DNA from: an uncultured Candidatus Saccharibacteria bacterium
GTDB taxonomy: Bacteria; Patescibacteriota; Andersenbacteria; UBA10190
Assembly (NCBI GenBank): GCA_964450915.1
Contig: CAYVFG010000004.1
Coordinates: 1 to 59,976, forward strand
DNA length: 59,976 nt
Direction: 5' to 3'
The notes under the pieces are model-generated. The model saw only the letters and a list, made by a program, of their open reading frames with translations, was not told where the DNA came from and did no database searches. Within the stretch, counting starts at the first letter, position 1, and every line of letters starts with the position of its first letter. Both the position numbers and the translations under genes were made by a program. Positions 51,954-59,976 of the stretch are shown piece after piece.

Positions 51954-52885
51954 GGCGTGTCTAGAAATTTTATTAATTTACCTTTTGTAGTTCCTATATT
52001 TTTTTCAAATTCTGCCCATAGCTCATTCCAGTAATCCAATTCTTCTGCATTCGTGATTATGAAAAACAAATCATCGAGCTCATTTCTCCTAATTGCAAAT
52101 CCATGGTCAGGATAGAGCCAAACAAGCCTGCGAACTACTATATCTGAAATTTTTTCACGCAGTGATTTTTTCTTTATATAGCTCAGCATGAAATTACTCA
52201 AGAATTCTTTCCCATAGTTTTCCGCAATGCTTAGTAATCGTCTTGCTTGATTGTATATTTTAACATCTTCCTTGCAAAGCATGGGAGAAATTAGTTGCGA
52301 TACAGACTCGCTAGCCAGGGAGAATGCTTTTTGGATAGGTATCCCAAGGTCTACGCTAATTTCTCTTGCAAGTTGTTTTTCTTGATCCTTCGCAGTGTCG
52401 AGCATGCCATCAATCGATTTCACAATATCTAGTGCAGAAATTCTGGAAGTTTCATTATCTGGGTGTAGCATTGGTTTATCTAGGGGGCCTAATTCGGAAA
52501 TTGAAGTCATTATCAATTCGTCTGCTCCACAGCACATCATAGTTCCGGAGCTTTTGGCTTCTTGAGGGACTGCTATTGTTATGTTTTTATAATTAGCACG
52601 GAGAGTATCCATTATCTTAACAGCCGCATATACGTTTCCACCACTCGTATCTAGTAATATTAACAAAGATTCCTTCCTTCTTTTTCTTTCTCCCAATAAT
52701 TTATACACCGTCAATTCGTCTTCTGAATCAATACTCTCTTTGAAATATCCATTTTTTGTTTTTGGATATAGCATTAATAAAACGTCTTTCTCTAGAAGTA
52801 GGTTCTGTAATGGGGTTTTGGCCGTATCTTTGATCGATTTCTTATCTTTTTTTGCGACGTTTTGCTTTTTATTTTTAGTTGCCAT
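51950..52885 (-). CDS. SDH-family (ClpP/SppA-fold) serine protease-like protein
   Basis: From MATKNKKQN it reads LLILLDTSGGNVYAAVKIMD...AKSSGTMMCCGADELIM...LGPLDKP. This matches the ClpP/crotonase-fold SDH proteinase pattern. The start was chosen just after the secA stop. Confidence 0.6.
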   Translation of the reverse strand: MATKNKKQNVAKKDKKSIKDTAKTPLQNLLLEKDVLLMLYPKTKNGYFKESIDSEDELTVYKLLGERKRRKESLLILLDTSGGNVYAAVKIMDTLRANYKNITIAVPQEAKSSGTMMCCGADELIMTSISELGPLDKPMLHPDNETSRISALDIVKSIDGMLDTAKDQEKQLAREISVDLGIPIQKAFSLASESVSQLISPMLCKEDVKIYNQARRLLSIAENYGKEFLSNFMLSYIKKKSLREKISDIVVRRLVWLYPDHGFAIRRNELDDLFFIITNAEELDYWNELWAEFEKNIGTTKGKLIKFLDTP

Positions 52886-52887
52886 AT

Positions 52888-55557
52888 TTATACTGCTCCA
52901 TGACATTTCTTAAATTTCTTTCCTGATCCGCACGGGCATGGGTCGTTACGGCCGACGTCTTTATAGGGATTATGGAGCGTGCCGTCTGTGTCGGTATTTT
53001 GAGCGGGCTGGGATTGTGACGGTTGGGCAACGGGTTGTGAGGCGCCAGAAGATGCCAATTGATGCACGCTGGCAGCTTCCGCATGCTGCGCTATTCCGGC
53101 AGGTTCGTCGATCGCCAAGCCTGCTGGCGCATTATGGAAATGCGCATGGCCGGGGCCTTGTACTTCTGCGCGCAGCACAGTTTCAAGGAGTGCGCCTTTA
53201 ATAGTGCCGAGCAATTCTTGGAATAATCGGTGCCCTTCTTTTTGATATTCCACGAGTGGATCGCGCTGGCCGTATCCGCGCAGGCCAATACCGGTGCGTA
53301 CGTAATCCATCGTATCGAGGTGGTCCATCCATAATGAATCAATAGAGCGAAGCGCAGCTGCTTGTTCTAATTGCTTCATGGTGTCTTCGCCAAGCGCTTC
53401 GTGTTTTTCTTGAATCTTTCCTGCTAAAATATTTCCTACTTCAATTGTTACGGCGTCGCGCGCAGAATCTGGCCCATTGGCATTTTCTTTTGCAATGATG
53501 TCAGAAAGTTTCGTATGCGTTTCCGCAGTCGGCGTATTTGTAAGCGCGTGGAGGGACTCCGCAATTTCTTTCACGTTCCAGTCTTCTACTTGAGCGCTGG
53601 CTGTGTGTACCCCGATGAGCGAGCTTGCCTGTTCCCGCGCTAATTCCAAAATGCGTTCGTGGATGGAGATTGCATCTTGATTCGGCTCTTTCCATGTTGA
53701 AGATTCGAGCAGAGATCGGCGCAATGTGTAGATTGCAATACGCTGCTTATTAAGTACGTTGTCGTACGATAATACTTGCTTACGCATATCGAAGTAGTAG
53801 CCTTCTACCCGCTCCTGCGCGCCTTCGAGTGCTCGGCTCACCAGTCCGTTTTCAATCGGTTCATCTTCCGGAACATTGAGGCGCTCCATCAAGCTTTTGA
53901 TTTTCGATCCGCCGAATACGCGCATCACGTCGTCTTCCATGCTTACATAAAATTGCGTTTCTCCCGGATCCCCTTGTCGTCCTGATCGTCCGCGTAACTG
54001 GTTATCAATACGGCGCGCTTCATGCCGTTCTGTTCCAAGAACGGTGAGGCCTCCTAACTGCGCAACGCCATCTCCTAATTTAATATCCGTACCTCGCCCT
54101 GCCATGTTGGTGGAAATGGTGACGGCGCCCTTCTTGCCTGCCTGCGCAATAATCTCCGCTTCTCGTGCGTGGTGCTTGGCGTTGAGCACTTCATGGGGAA
54201 CGCCTTTTTGTTTGAGCAATTCTGAAATGTATTCAGATTTTTCAATGGCAATCGTACCAACCAATACCGGCTGGCCCTTTGCGTGGCGGGCGGCAATATC
54301 TTCAACTAATTGGCGGAACTTCGCCTTCTCGTTCACGTATACGCGATCCGTTTTATCGATACGAGTAAGTTTTTGATTCGTGGGCACGACCACTACGTCG
54401 AGGTTGTACACCTGTTCGAACTCTTCTGCAGAAGTTACGGCTGTTCCTGTCATGCCGCCGATGTGTTTGTATAGTCTGAAAAAGTTTTGGAATGTAATAG
54501 ATGCAAGCGTGCGGCTTTCTTGCTGTACCTCTACGCGCTCTTTTGCTTCAAGCGCCTGATGCAAGCCATCAGAATATCTGCGCCCATCCATAAGGCGACC
54601 GGTGAATTCATCGACGATGACAACTTTACCATCTTGAACGATATAGTCTTTATCTTTGTGATAGAGGGTTTGTGCGCGGAGTGCCTGCTCCAAATGGTGG
54701 ACGAATCGGATACCTTTTTCGGCATAAATATTTTCTATGCCGAGATTTTTTTCAACGAATGTAACGCCCTCATCCGTAAGCGTTGCGGCTTTTCGCTTTT
54801 CATCTACGTTATAGTGCGCATCTTCTGAAAGAAGCGGAATGATTCTGGAGAATTGGTCGTACAGGTTTGTAGAATCTTGATCCGGTGCGGAAATAATAAG
54901 CGGTGTTCTCGCTTCGTCGATTAAGATGCTGTCCACTTCGTCTACAAGCGCATAATACAATTCCCGCTGAGCTAGTTGCTCTACGCTCTGGGCCATGTTG
55001 TCGCGCAGGTAATCAAATCCAAATTCATTGTTTGTTCCGTAGGTAATATCACAGGCATATGCCTCGCGTTTTTGCTGAGGAGATTGTCCGGCTTGAATGA
55101 CGCCCAAGGTGAGTCCAAAGAATTCGTAGACAGGGCGCATCCACTCGGCATCGCGGGATGCGAGATATTCGTTGGCCGTCACTAGGTGTGCGCCTTTTCC
55201 TGCAAGCGCATTTAATGTGAGCGGCAGCGTTGCCACTAATGTTTTTCCTTCTCCCGTTTTCATTTCCGCAATACTGTCTTTGAGCAGCGCCAAGCCCCCG
55301 ATTAACTGCACGTCGAAATGGCGCATGTTCAAAAGGCGCTTGGATGCTTCGCGAACGCCCGCAAAAATTTCTGGAATGTGCTTGTCAATTTCGCTTCTAT
55401 CTTTTCCTTTGAATTTTGCAACGTATTCTTTTAAATCTGCATCAGAAAGCTTGGAAACAGTTGCTTCCAATGCATTGATTTGCGCGACCACGGGCCGATA
55501 CGCTTCAGCGGCCTTTTCGTGGCGCGAGGCTCCTCGAAAAATATCAAACAATGCCAT
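52888..55557 (-). CDS. secA: preprotein translocase ATPase SecA
   Basis: 889 aa with MKTGEGKTLVA, DEVDSILIDEARTPLIIS, TNMAGRGTDI and the C-terminal zinc motif CPCGSGKKFKKCHG. Confidence 0.95.
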   Translation of the reverse strand: MALFDIFRGASRHEKAAEAYRPVVAQINALEATVSKLSDADLKEYVAKFKGKDRSEIDKHIPEIFAGVREASKRLLNMRHFDVQLIGGLALLKDSIAEMKTGEGKTLVATLPLTLNALAGKGAHLVTANEYLASRDAEWMRPVYEFFGLTLGVIQAGQSPQQKREAYACDITYGTNNEFGFDYLRDNMAQSVEQLAQRELYYALVDEVDSILIDEARTPLIISAPDQDSTNLYDQFSRIIPLLSEDAHYNVDEKRKAATLTDEGVTFVEKNLGIENIYAEKGIRFVHHLEQALRAQTLYHKDKDYIVQDGKVVIVDEFTGRLMDGRRYSDGLHQALEAKERVEVQQESRTLASITFQNFFRLYKHIGGMTGTAVTSAEEFEQVYNLDVVVVPTNQKLTRIDKTDRVYVNEKAKFRQLVEDIAARHAKGQPVLVGTIAIEKSEYISELLKQKGVPHEVLNAKHHAREAEIIAQAGKKGAVTISTNMAGRGTDIKLGDGVAQLGGLTVLGTERHEARRIDNQLRGRSGRQGDPGETQFYVSMEDDVMRVFGGSKIKSLMERLNVPEDEPIENGLVSRALEGAQERVEGYYFDMRKQVLSYDNVLNKQRIAIYTLRRSLLESSTWKEPNQDAISIHERILELAREQASSLIGVHTASAQVEDWNVKEIAESLHALTNTPTAETHTKLSDIIAKENANGPDSARDAVTIEVGNILAGKIQEKHEALGEDTMKQLEQAAALRSIDSLWMDHLDTMDYVRTGIGLRGYGQRDPLVEYQKEGHRLFQELLGTIKGALLETVLRAEVQGPGHAHFHNAPAGLAIDEPAGIAQHAEAASVHQLASSGASQPVAQPSQSQPAQNTDTDGTLHNPYKDVGRNDPCPCGSGKKFKKCHGAV

Positions 55558-55562
55558 AGATG

Positions 55563-55868
55563 TTACGCGTGGTCTTTTCTCTTGTCGTGATCGGATGCAA
55601 GTTCGCTTTTAAGGGCGGCGCATACGGCATCGATTGCATTTTGCACCGTATCTTCTGATCGTTCTGCTCGATATACCTTTTTGCCGTGTTCGATCATGAT
55701 AACGCATCGAATAACATCTCCGCTTGTGTGATGAGTATCGTGAGCGATGGTAACGTCTGTTACGAAAGGCGGCTCAATGTGTTTTTCGAGGCGATTTAAG
55801 CAATCTTCCAGTTTTTCCCTGTCTTGATTTGTAAGTTCAATATGTTCTGTTCGAAGTGAGTATTTCAT
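55563..55868 (-). CDS. hpf: ribosome hibernation promoting factor (RaiA/HPF family, short form)
   Basis: 101 aa with HIELTNQDREKLEDCLNRLEKH and AERSEDTVQNAIDAVCAALKSEL. Confidence 0.75.
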   Translation of the reverse strand: MKYSLRTEHIELTNQDREKLEDCLNRLEKHIEPPFVTDVTIAHDTHHTSGDVIRCVIMIEHGKKVYRAERSEDTVQNAIDAVCAALKSELASDHDKRKDHA

Positions 55869-55871
55869 GTA

Positions 55872-57017
55872 TCAAGTATTCCTTACTTCAAGCAGATGTT
55901 CAACCTGCTTTGCAACACCTTCTCGGAATCTGTCAACTGAAAATTGGAGGGCTTGTTGCTGAAGGCGGCTGGTATTGAATGTCTTTTCTTTGCGGATAAA
56001 CGTGCGCAGAGCCTCCGCCAGCGTCTCGGGGAGCTGCTCTTGGTATAAGATGCTATGGACGCCATTTCGCGCGATCTCATTGATTCCGCCAGCTCCATAT
56101 GCAATAACGGGGGTCCCGCACGCCAAAGACTCCGCAGCAGTCATGCCGAAGTCTTCGACACCCGGCTGAATAAGCGCTCGAGCGTTTCTGTATAATTCCC
56201 TCAATTCTTCTTTGGAAACTGCTCCTGTAAAATGCGTGTGCTTGCCCGCCAGTTTTTCCAGTCGTTTTTTGTCTCTTCCGGTGCCCGCTATGATTAATTT
56301 CAAGCCCAGTTTCTCCGCAACCAAAATAGCGTGGTCAAACTTTTTATCTGGCGTTAATCTCCCTACGCACAGGAAATAATCTTTGGATGTATGTTTAGAT
56401 GCAGGGAAGAAAAAGTTTGTATCTATGGGCGGATATACAACAACGCTGTCTTTTCTGTAATACGTTTTTATTTTATGTTTTGTGTATTGCGAGTTTGCGA
56501 TATATGCATCCGGACGCTGGGCAAAGGTAAAGTCGAGCATGCGCAAAAAGTGAAACATGAATTTGATTAAAAAGCTGGCATACTTATTTCGCCTCGTAAT
56601 AGTGTGGGATGCATCCCATAAGTATCTGGTCGGCGTGTGGCAATAGCACAAATGAGGAATGTTCGACCTTGTAATAATTCCTTTTGCGAATCCGCTTGCA
56701 GAACTAATGATGATGTCATAATCAGACAAATCAAATTGCTCAACGGCCTGTGGAAGGAATGGCAGTATTCTTCCGGGGTGTTGCCTGAACCATAGCGGCC
56801 ACGTTTGGAGGGATGATGTATGAATGTCGTATTTTTTGCCGTCGACGGTCATTTTTGGAATATTCCCCGCATACAGGCTATAGATATCTGCATTTGGATA
56901 CATGCGGACAAGTTCTTCTAGCACCATTTCCGCTCCGCCCCTGCGGACCAGTTCATCATGCACGAGTGCGACCCGCAGGTCGCCCTGAGCTTGTCGAATG
57001 GGCATACTTTTAGACAT
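55872..57017 (-). CDS. GT4-family (GT-B) glycosyltransferase
   Basis: It has RVALVHDELVRRGGAE and a C-terminal E-x7-E region (EDFGMTAAESLACGTPVI). The start was set at 57017 because the longer ORF would span the 57064-57086 terminator hairpin. Confidence 0.75.
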   Translation of the reverse strand: MSKSMPIRQAQGDLRVALVHDELVRRGGAEMVLEELVRMYPNADIYSLYAGNIPKMTVDGKKYDIHTSSLQTWPLWFRQHPGRILPFLPQAVEQFDLSDYDIIISSASGFAKGIITRSNIPHLCYCHTPTRYLWDASHTITRRNKYASFLIKFMFHFLRMLDFTFAQRPDAYIANSQYTKHKIKTYYRKDSVVVYPPIDTNFFFPASKHTSKDYFLCVGRLTPDKKFDHAILVAEKLGLKLIIAGTGRDKKRLEKLAGKHTHFTGAVSKEELRELYRNARALIQPGVEDFGMTAAESLACGTPVIAYGAGGINEIARNGVHSILYQEQLPETLAEALRTFIRKEKTFNTSRLQQQALQFSVDRFREGVAKQVEHLLEVRNT

Positions 57018-57049
57018 CAAAATATCGTATCGCAAATTGTTCGCGTGGG

Positions 57050-57086
57050 CAATAAAAGAAAAAGACACCGGCTTTTAGGCGGTGTC
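57050..57086 (-). terminator. rho-independent terminator of the 57116-57430 orphan
   Basis: GACACCG-N9-CGGTGTC (57064-57086) followed on the minus strand by TTTTTCTTTTATT. Confidence 0.6.
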
Positions 57087-57115
57087 TAGGTTGGGTAGTT
57101 TTTCGAGAGGTACAT

Positions 57116-57430
57116 TCAGAGGGGCTCAGCGCGCGATAAATGCCATCGGAGCTGGCTCAGGTCGTAGGTGCTATGGATTGCCCCAGTCAATGTGTAGGGT
57201 GGGCCATTCTCCACGATAAGAATTGGTACGTGTATCTGTACTGGGTCAGCAAGGGCCGTTCCGATTCTGACTAACGTTTGCGCGATAGTCTTGGGGCTGA
57301 CAATGAAGATGCACGCATCCGCAGCTTGTCCGGGGCAGCCAAGTTCGTGTTTGAGATGCACAATGTCGCTTTTGAGTCTTTCCAAAAGCCGTGTGTCGTT
57401 GGTTCCTTGATCCATAACGAGTATTTTCAC
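57116..57430 (-). CDS. hypothetical protein (GC-rich orphan, possibly a receiver-like alpha/beta fold)
   Basis: The GTG start at 57430 is preceded by AGGAA. KILVMDQGTND faintly resembles a receiver N-terminus, but no acceptor-Asp motif can be assigned. Confidence 0.4.
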   Translation of the reverse strand: MKILVMDQGTNDTRLLERLKSDIVHLKHELGCPGQAADACIFIVSPKTIAQTLVRIGTALADPVQIHVPILIVENGPPYTLTGAIHSTYDLSQLRWHLSRAEPL

Positions 57431-57512
57431 GATGCGTTCCTGGCAATAAGTGTACAAATTCAAAACCGTATGTATAGTGGTTTATTTCTTTGATTTTGTC
57501 AATAGCAGTTAC

Positions 57513-59969
57513 TTACTTTACTGGCTTTATTCTCTGAGAAAATACGAGCGTATTGGAACCGTTTGAAATACCTTGTACTGACTTCCAGTTCTCTTTTAGA
57601 TCGTTGGTGATTGGGTCGTATTCATTGAGGTATGAGAATTGTGTTTGGTTGTCTAAGAGGAAGTATTTTGCCGTTGCAAAGCTTGCAACCATATCCGTTG
57701 CGCGGGGCAAAAACGTTTGAATACGTTCCGGATTCGTCCTGGTGAATTCGTACGCATACCAGCGAGGATGAGAAATATTCAATACTGTTTGGTACCCGGC
57801 TAGGTACGGAATAAGAGATGCGCCTGTAAATATCGGCTCCCCCTTTGGAACGTTTTGCTTAATCCACGTTGCCGCTTCGTATGCAGCTTTTTGGTCGAAT
57901 GTTCCGGTGTGTTCAAAAGAATATGTGATGTAGCTGGACACCGTCGCTGCCCATGCAAAGATTATTGCAAAGGCAATTAGTGCTATGTATTTGAGTACGC
58001 GAATTTTTACCTGCAAACTTCGTGCAATGAATGCCTCAAGCCCTACTCCTGCGATAAGCGTGAGTGGTGGAATAAATTCTGAAATATAATTTGCATGAAA
58101 CTTGATCCACTTTGCGTAGAAGAACATCATGCTGCCGACCCATATAGGGCCGATGAGTCCGCGCACCCATTCTTCGCTCGTCCGCTTTGCGTTCGAGCTA
58201 CGAACGGCAAGCCCAGGTAATAAGATCGCGACAAGTAACGTAATTCCAAATAACCACCACAGTGTCGGAATGCCGTATTTCATGAACTTTGCGCCCTCGT
58301 ATTGTGAGAAGAAATCCCATGCCCACCAGAAAATACCTAGAGGAATAATCCATGTAAGTCTTGAAAATAGGATTGCTTTTGATTTTTTAAAAAGTGACGC
58401 AGCCGCATCTTGTAAATAAAATCCAACGCCAAGCATGGACAGTAAAATAACTGGAAGCGACTCTCGGAAGAACGGCGTCATGCCTTTTAAGTCGTATTCT
58501 CTTATCTGTTCTATTTGGTCGGGGTCGATGCTCGAGATGCCGTCTTCTGCAGAATTAATTCCGAGCGCTTCTGTAATGCCAACTCCGCCATACACCGTGT
58601 ATGCATACAGCATGAAGAGCGCCAGCACGCCCACAAATCCGATACCGACATAGAGCGTATTTCTCATTCGCGCACTCCAATTTTTAGACAATGCGATTAA
58701 AAGCAAGATTACAGTCAGCCCAAGTGCCAGCATGCTTTTGCGCGAGGCCACGGCAAGGCCGATGACTGCGCCCGCAATAATGAGCCACTTTGGCGATGCC
58801 ATTTTTTCTTTGAGAGCATATGCAAGGAGTGCAATTCCCGACATGCCGAAGAATATGGCAACGCTTTGCGTGTGTACGTAAATCGTTGATACTACTGCTG
58901 TTCCCATGCACGCCCACAGTGCTGCAGAAATCAGAGCTGCGCGAGTCGTCCAAATACTGCGGACTAATAAGAACACCGGATAGACTAATGCGGAACCTGC
59001 AATAATGGATGAAAGCCTGCCAGCAAATGCTGTGTGCCCGAGAATTGCTTCCCATACTGCAATCCACGCAATAACAAGCGGAGCCTTTACGTATCCATCG
59101 CCTCCTGCAAAGTGGCCGTGCAATAATGACCATGCATCGTATAAGTAGTTTCCCTCATCGTCTGTAAATGGCAATTCTAATGCGTAAAAAATTCTGATAA
59201 TCGCTGCAATAATCGCAAGCCCGAGCAATATTATCCATGGTTTTGGTTGTTTTTTAAATCTGAACAGTGCAAAACAAAGTGCGAGCACGATAACGCTTGG
59301 CAGAAACGCCCCGGTCCATAGTGCGTATTCGTGCCGATTGTCGTTCCAGGTATTAATGAACGTATGGATTGCGTTGCTGATGCTATGGTAGATAAATGTT
59401 CCAGCAGGAACGGAATACAGTGTTTGAAACGCGACGTCGACAGCTTGTTTTCCTGATCGCTGAATAATATTGTCTGTAACAGGCGCATTGTCTGCAGTAT
59501 GGATAATATATCCGGTGCCGTATAAATACGTATCTTTATTATTCAAATCAATTGCAATTGCGTTGCCTTTAACGCTTTCCGGAGAATCAACTACAAAAAA
59601 GTACGTTTTGCTTTTTGAGTCGACAATCGGTTTGAATGCAAAATTATAAAACTGATTATCTCCAAATTTGCTGGCTGGAACAGATACGGTACGAATGTCG
59701 TTGCCTGCGGAAACGGAATCGCGAAGATGCAATATAACAGGATGCGTATTATCCCGCCCGGAATACGTTGCAATTATTACTCCAATTCCGGATAGATTAT
59801 TTTTTTGCGCGACGATTGTTTGCCCAATTGCATTTGTGCCGGTTAATTCTCCGGAATTAAGCGCATGATCCTCCTGTCGTTCCCCAATTTCAGGCACATG
59901 GATAAGAACAAGTGCTATGCCGATAACGCACGCAACTACAAAAGAGGTTGTTTTAAGCGATAATTTCAT
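57513..59969 (-). CDS. large GT39/ArnT-PMT-like membrane glycosyltransferase with extra N-terminal extracytoplasmic domain
   Basis: 818 aa. It has a signal anchor, a roughly 200-aa soluble domain and more than 12 TM helices. A first-loop acidic motif reads LPFTDDEGNYLYDAW. Confidence 0.7.
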   Translation of the reverse strand: MKLSLKTTSFVVACVIGIALVLIHVPEIGERQEDHALNSGELTGTNAIGQTIVAQKNNLSGIGVIIATYSGRDNTHPVILHLRDSVSAGNDIRTVSVPASKFGDNQFYNFAFKPIVDSKSKTYFFVVDSPESVKGNAIAIDLNNKDTYLYGTGYIIHTADNAPVTDNIIQRSGKQAVDVAFQTLYSVPAGTFIYHSISNAIHTFINTWNDNRHEYALWTGAFLPSVIVLALCFALFRFKKQPKPWIILLGLAIIAAIIRIFYALELPFTDDEGNYLYDAWSLLHGHFAGGDGYVKAPLVIAWIAVWEAILGHTAFAGRLSSIIAGSALVYPVFLLVRSIWTTRAALISAALWACMGTAVVSTIYVHTQSVAIFFGMSGIALLAYALKEKMASPKWLIIAGAVIGLAVASRKSMLALGLTVILLLIALSKNWSARMRNTLYVGIGFVGVLALFMLYAYTVYGGVGITEALGINSAEDGISSIDPDQIEQIREYDLKGMTPFFRESLPVILLSMLGVGFYLQDAAASLFKKSKAILFSRLTWIIPLGIFWWAWDFFSQYEGAKFMKYGIPTLWWLFGITLLVAILLPGLAVRSSNAKRTSEEWVRGLIGPIWVGSMMFFYAKWIKFHANYISEFIPPLTLIAGVGLEAFIARSLQVKIRVLKYIALIAFAIIFAWAATVSSYITYSFEHTGTFDQKAAYEAATWIKQNVPKGEPIFTGASLIPYLAGYQTVLNISHPRWYAYEFTRTNPERIQTFLPRATDMVASFATAKYFLLDNQTQFSYLNEYDPITNDLKENWKSVQGISNGSNTLVFSQRIKPVK

Positions 59970-59976
59970 AAAATTA

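Noticed and set aside
1-59976. Alternative genetic code (UGA recoding), as seen in some candidate phyla.
   Set aside because: RF2 is encoded and uses UGA in its own autoregulatory site. Long housekeeping ORFs are also intact under the standard bacterial code.
1-59976. CRISPR arrays, rRNA genes or IS elements.
   Set aside because: I saw no regularly spaced direct repeats, no rRNA-like conserved stretches and no transposase-like ORFs. The only tandem DNA repeats are the coding micro-repeats at 12249-12395.

Overview
This is a gene-dense window, roughly 90% coding and mostly on the minus strand, from a small bacterial genome. It uses the standard genetic code: RF2 is present and UGA acts as a stop. 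Several traits suggest a CPR/Patescibacteria-type organism, though this is inference and no database search was possible. These traits are a minimal ProRS without an editing domain, two ArnT/PMT-like GT39 enzymes plus GtrA and GT4, a giant repeat-bearing surface protein, and many short orphan ORFs with their own promoters and terminators.

The core content comprises:
- a partial rpe-like gene and rpiB
- an APC permease
- ftsX-ftsE-prfB, where prfB has the classical CUU UGA C +1 frameshift
- trxB with a glutaredoxin-like gene
- a UDP-sugar dehydrogenase, a DacA-like carboxypeptidase and tsaC
- NDH-2, xseBA, TspO and dnaX
- ftsQ-serS-lysS-greA
- mrdA-mreDCB-proS-rseP
- frr-holB-secFD
- secA-hpf
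- five tRNAs: Gln-CTG, Thr-CGT, Gly-CCC (the only one with an encoded CCA) and Gln-TTG

I found no rRNA, CRISPR array, transposase or integrase.

The items most worth a second look are:
1. A roughly 345-nt ORF-free, highly structured element at 32213-32556, built on three long helices, that I could not assign to RNase P, tmRNA or SRP RNA.
2. An AT-rich block at 49.1-52.9 kb. It holds a tightly coupled run of nucleotide-acting enzymes (HIT, all-alpha MazG-like, deoxyribosyltransferase-like, then CsaA and NUDIX), a DUF3850/ASCH protein, a Doc-family toxin with a near-consensus promoter, and an SDH/ClpP-like protease with an overlapping 65-aa ORF.
3. A 1154-aa surface protein with five PKD-like modules, a Cys/Pro/Thr micro-repeat stalk and two membrane-tethered carboxypeptidase-regulatory-like domains.
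4. Apparently degenerate enzymes: an ABC ATPase lacking the Q-loop Gln, catalytic Glu and switch His, and an HtrA-like protein lacking the catalytic His.
5. GC-rich orphan genes clustered next to tRNA-Gln.

All functional calls rest on motifs read by eye from the supplied translations.
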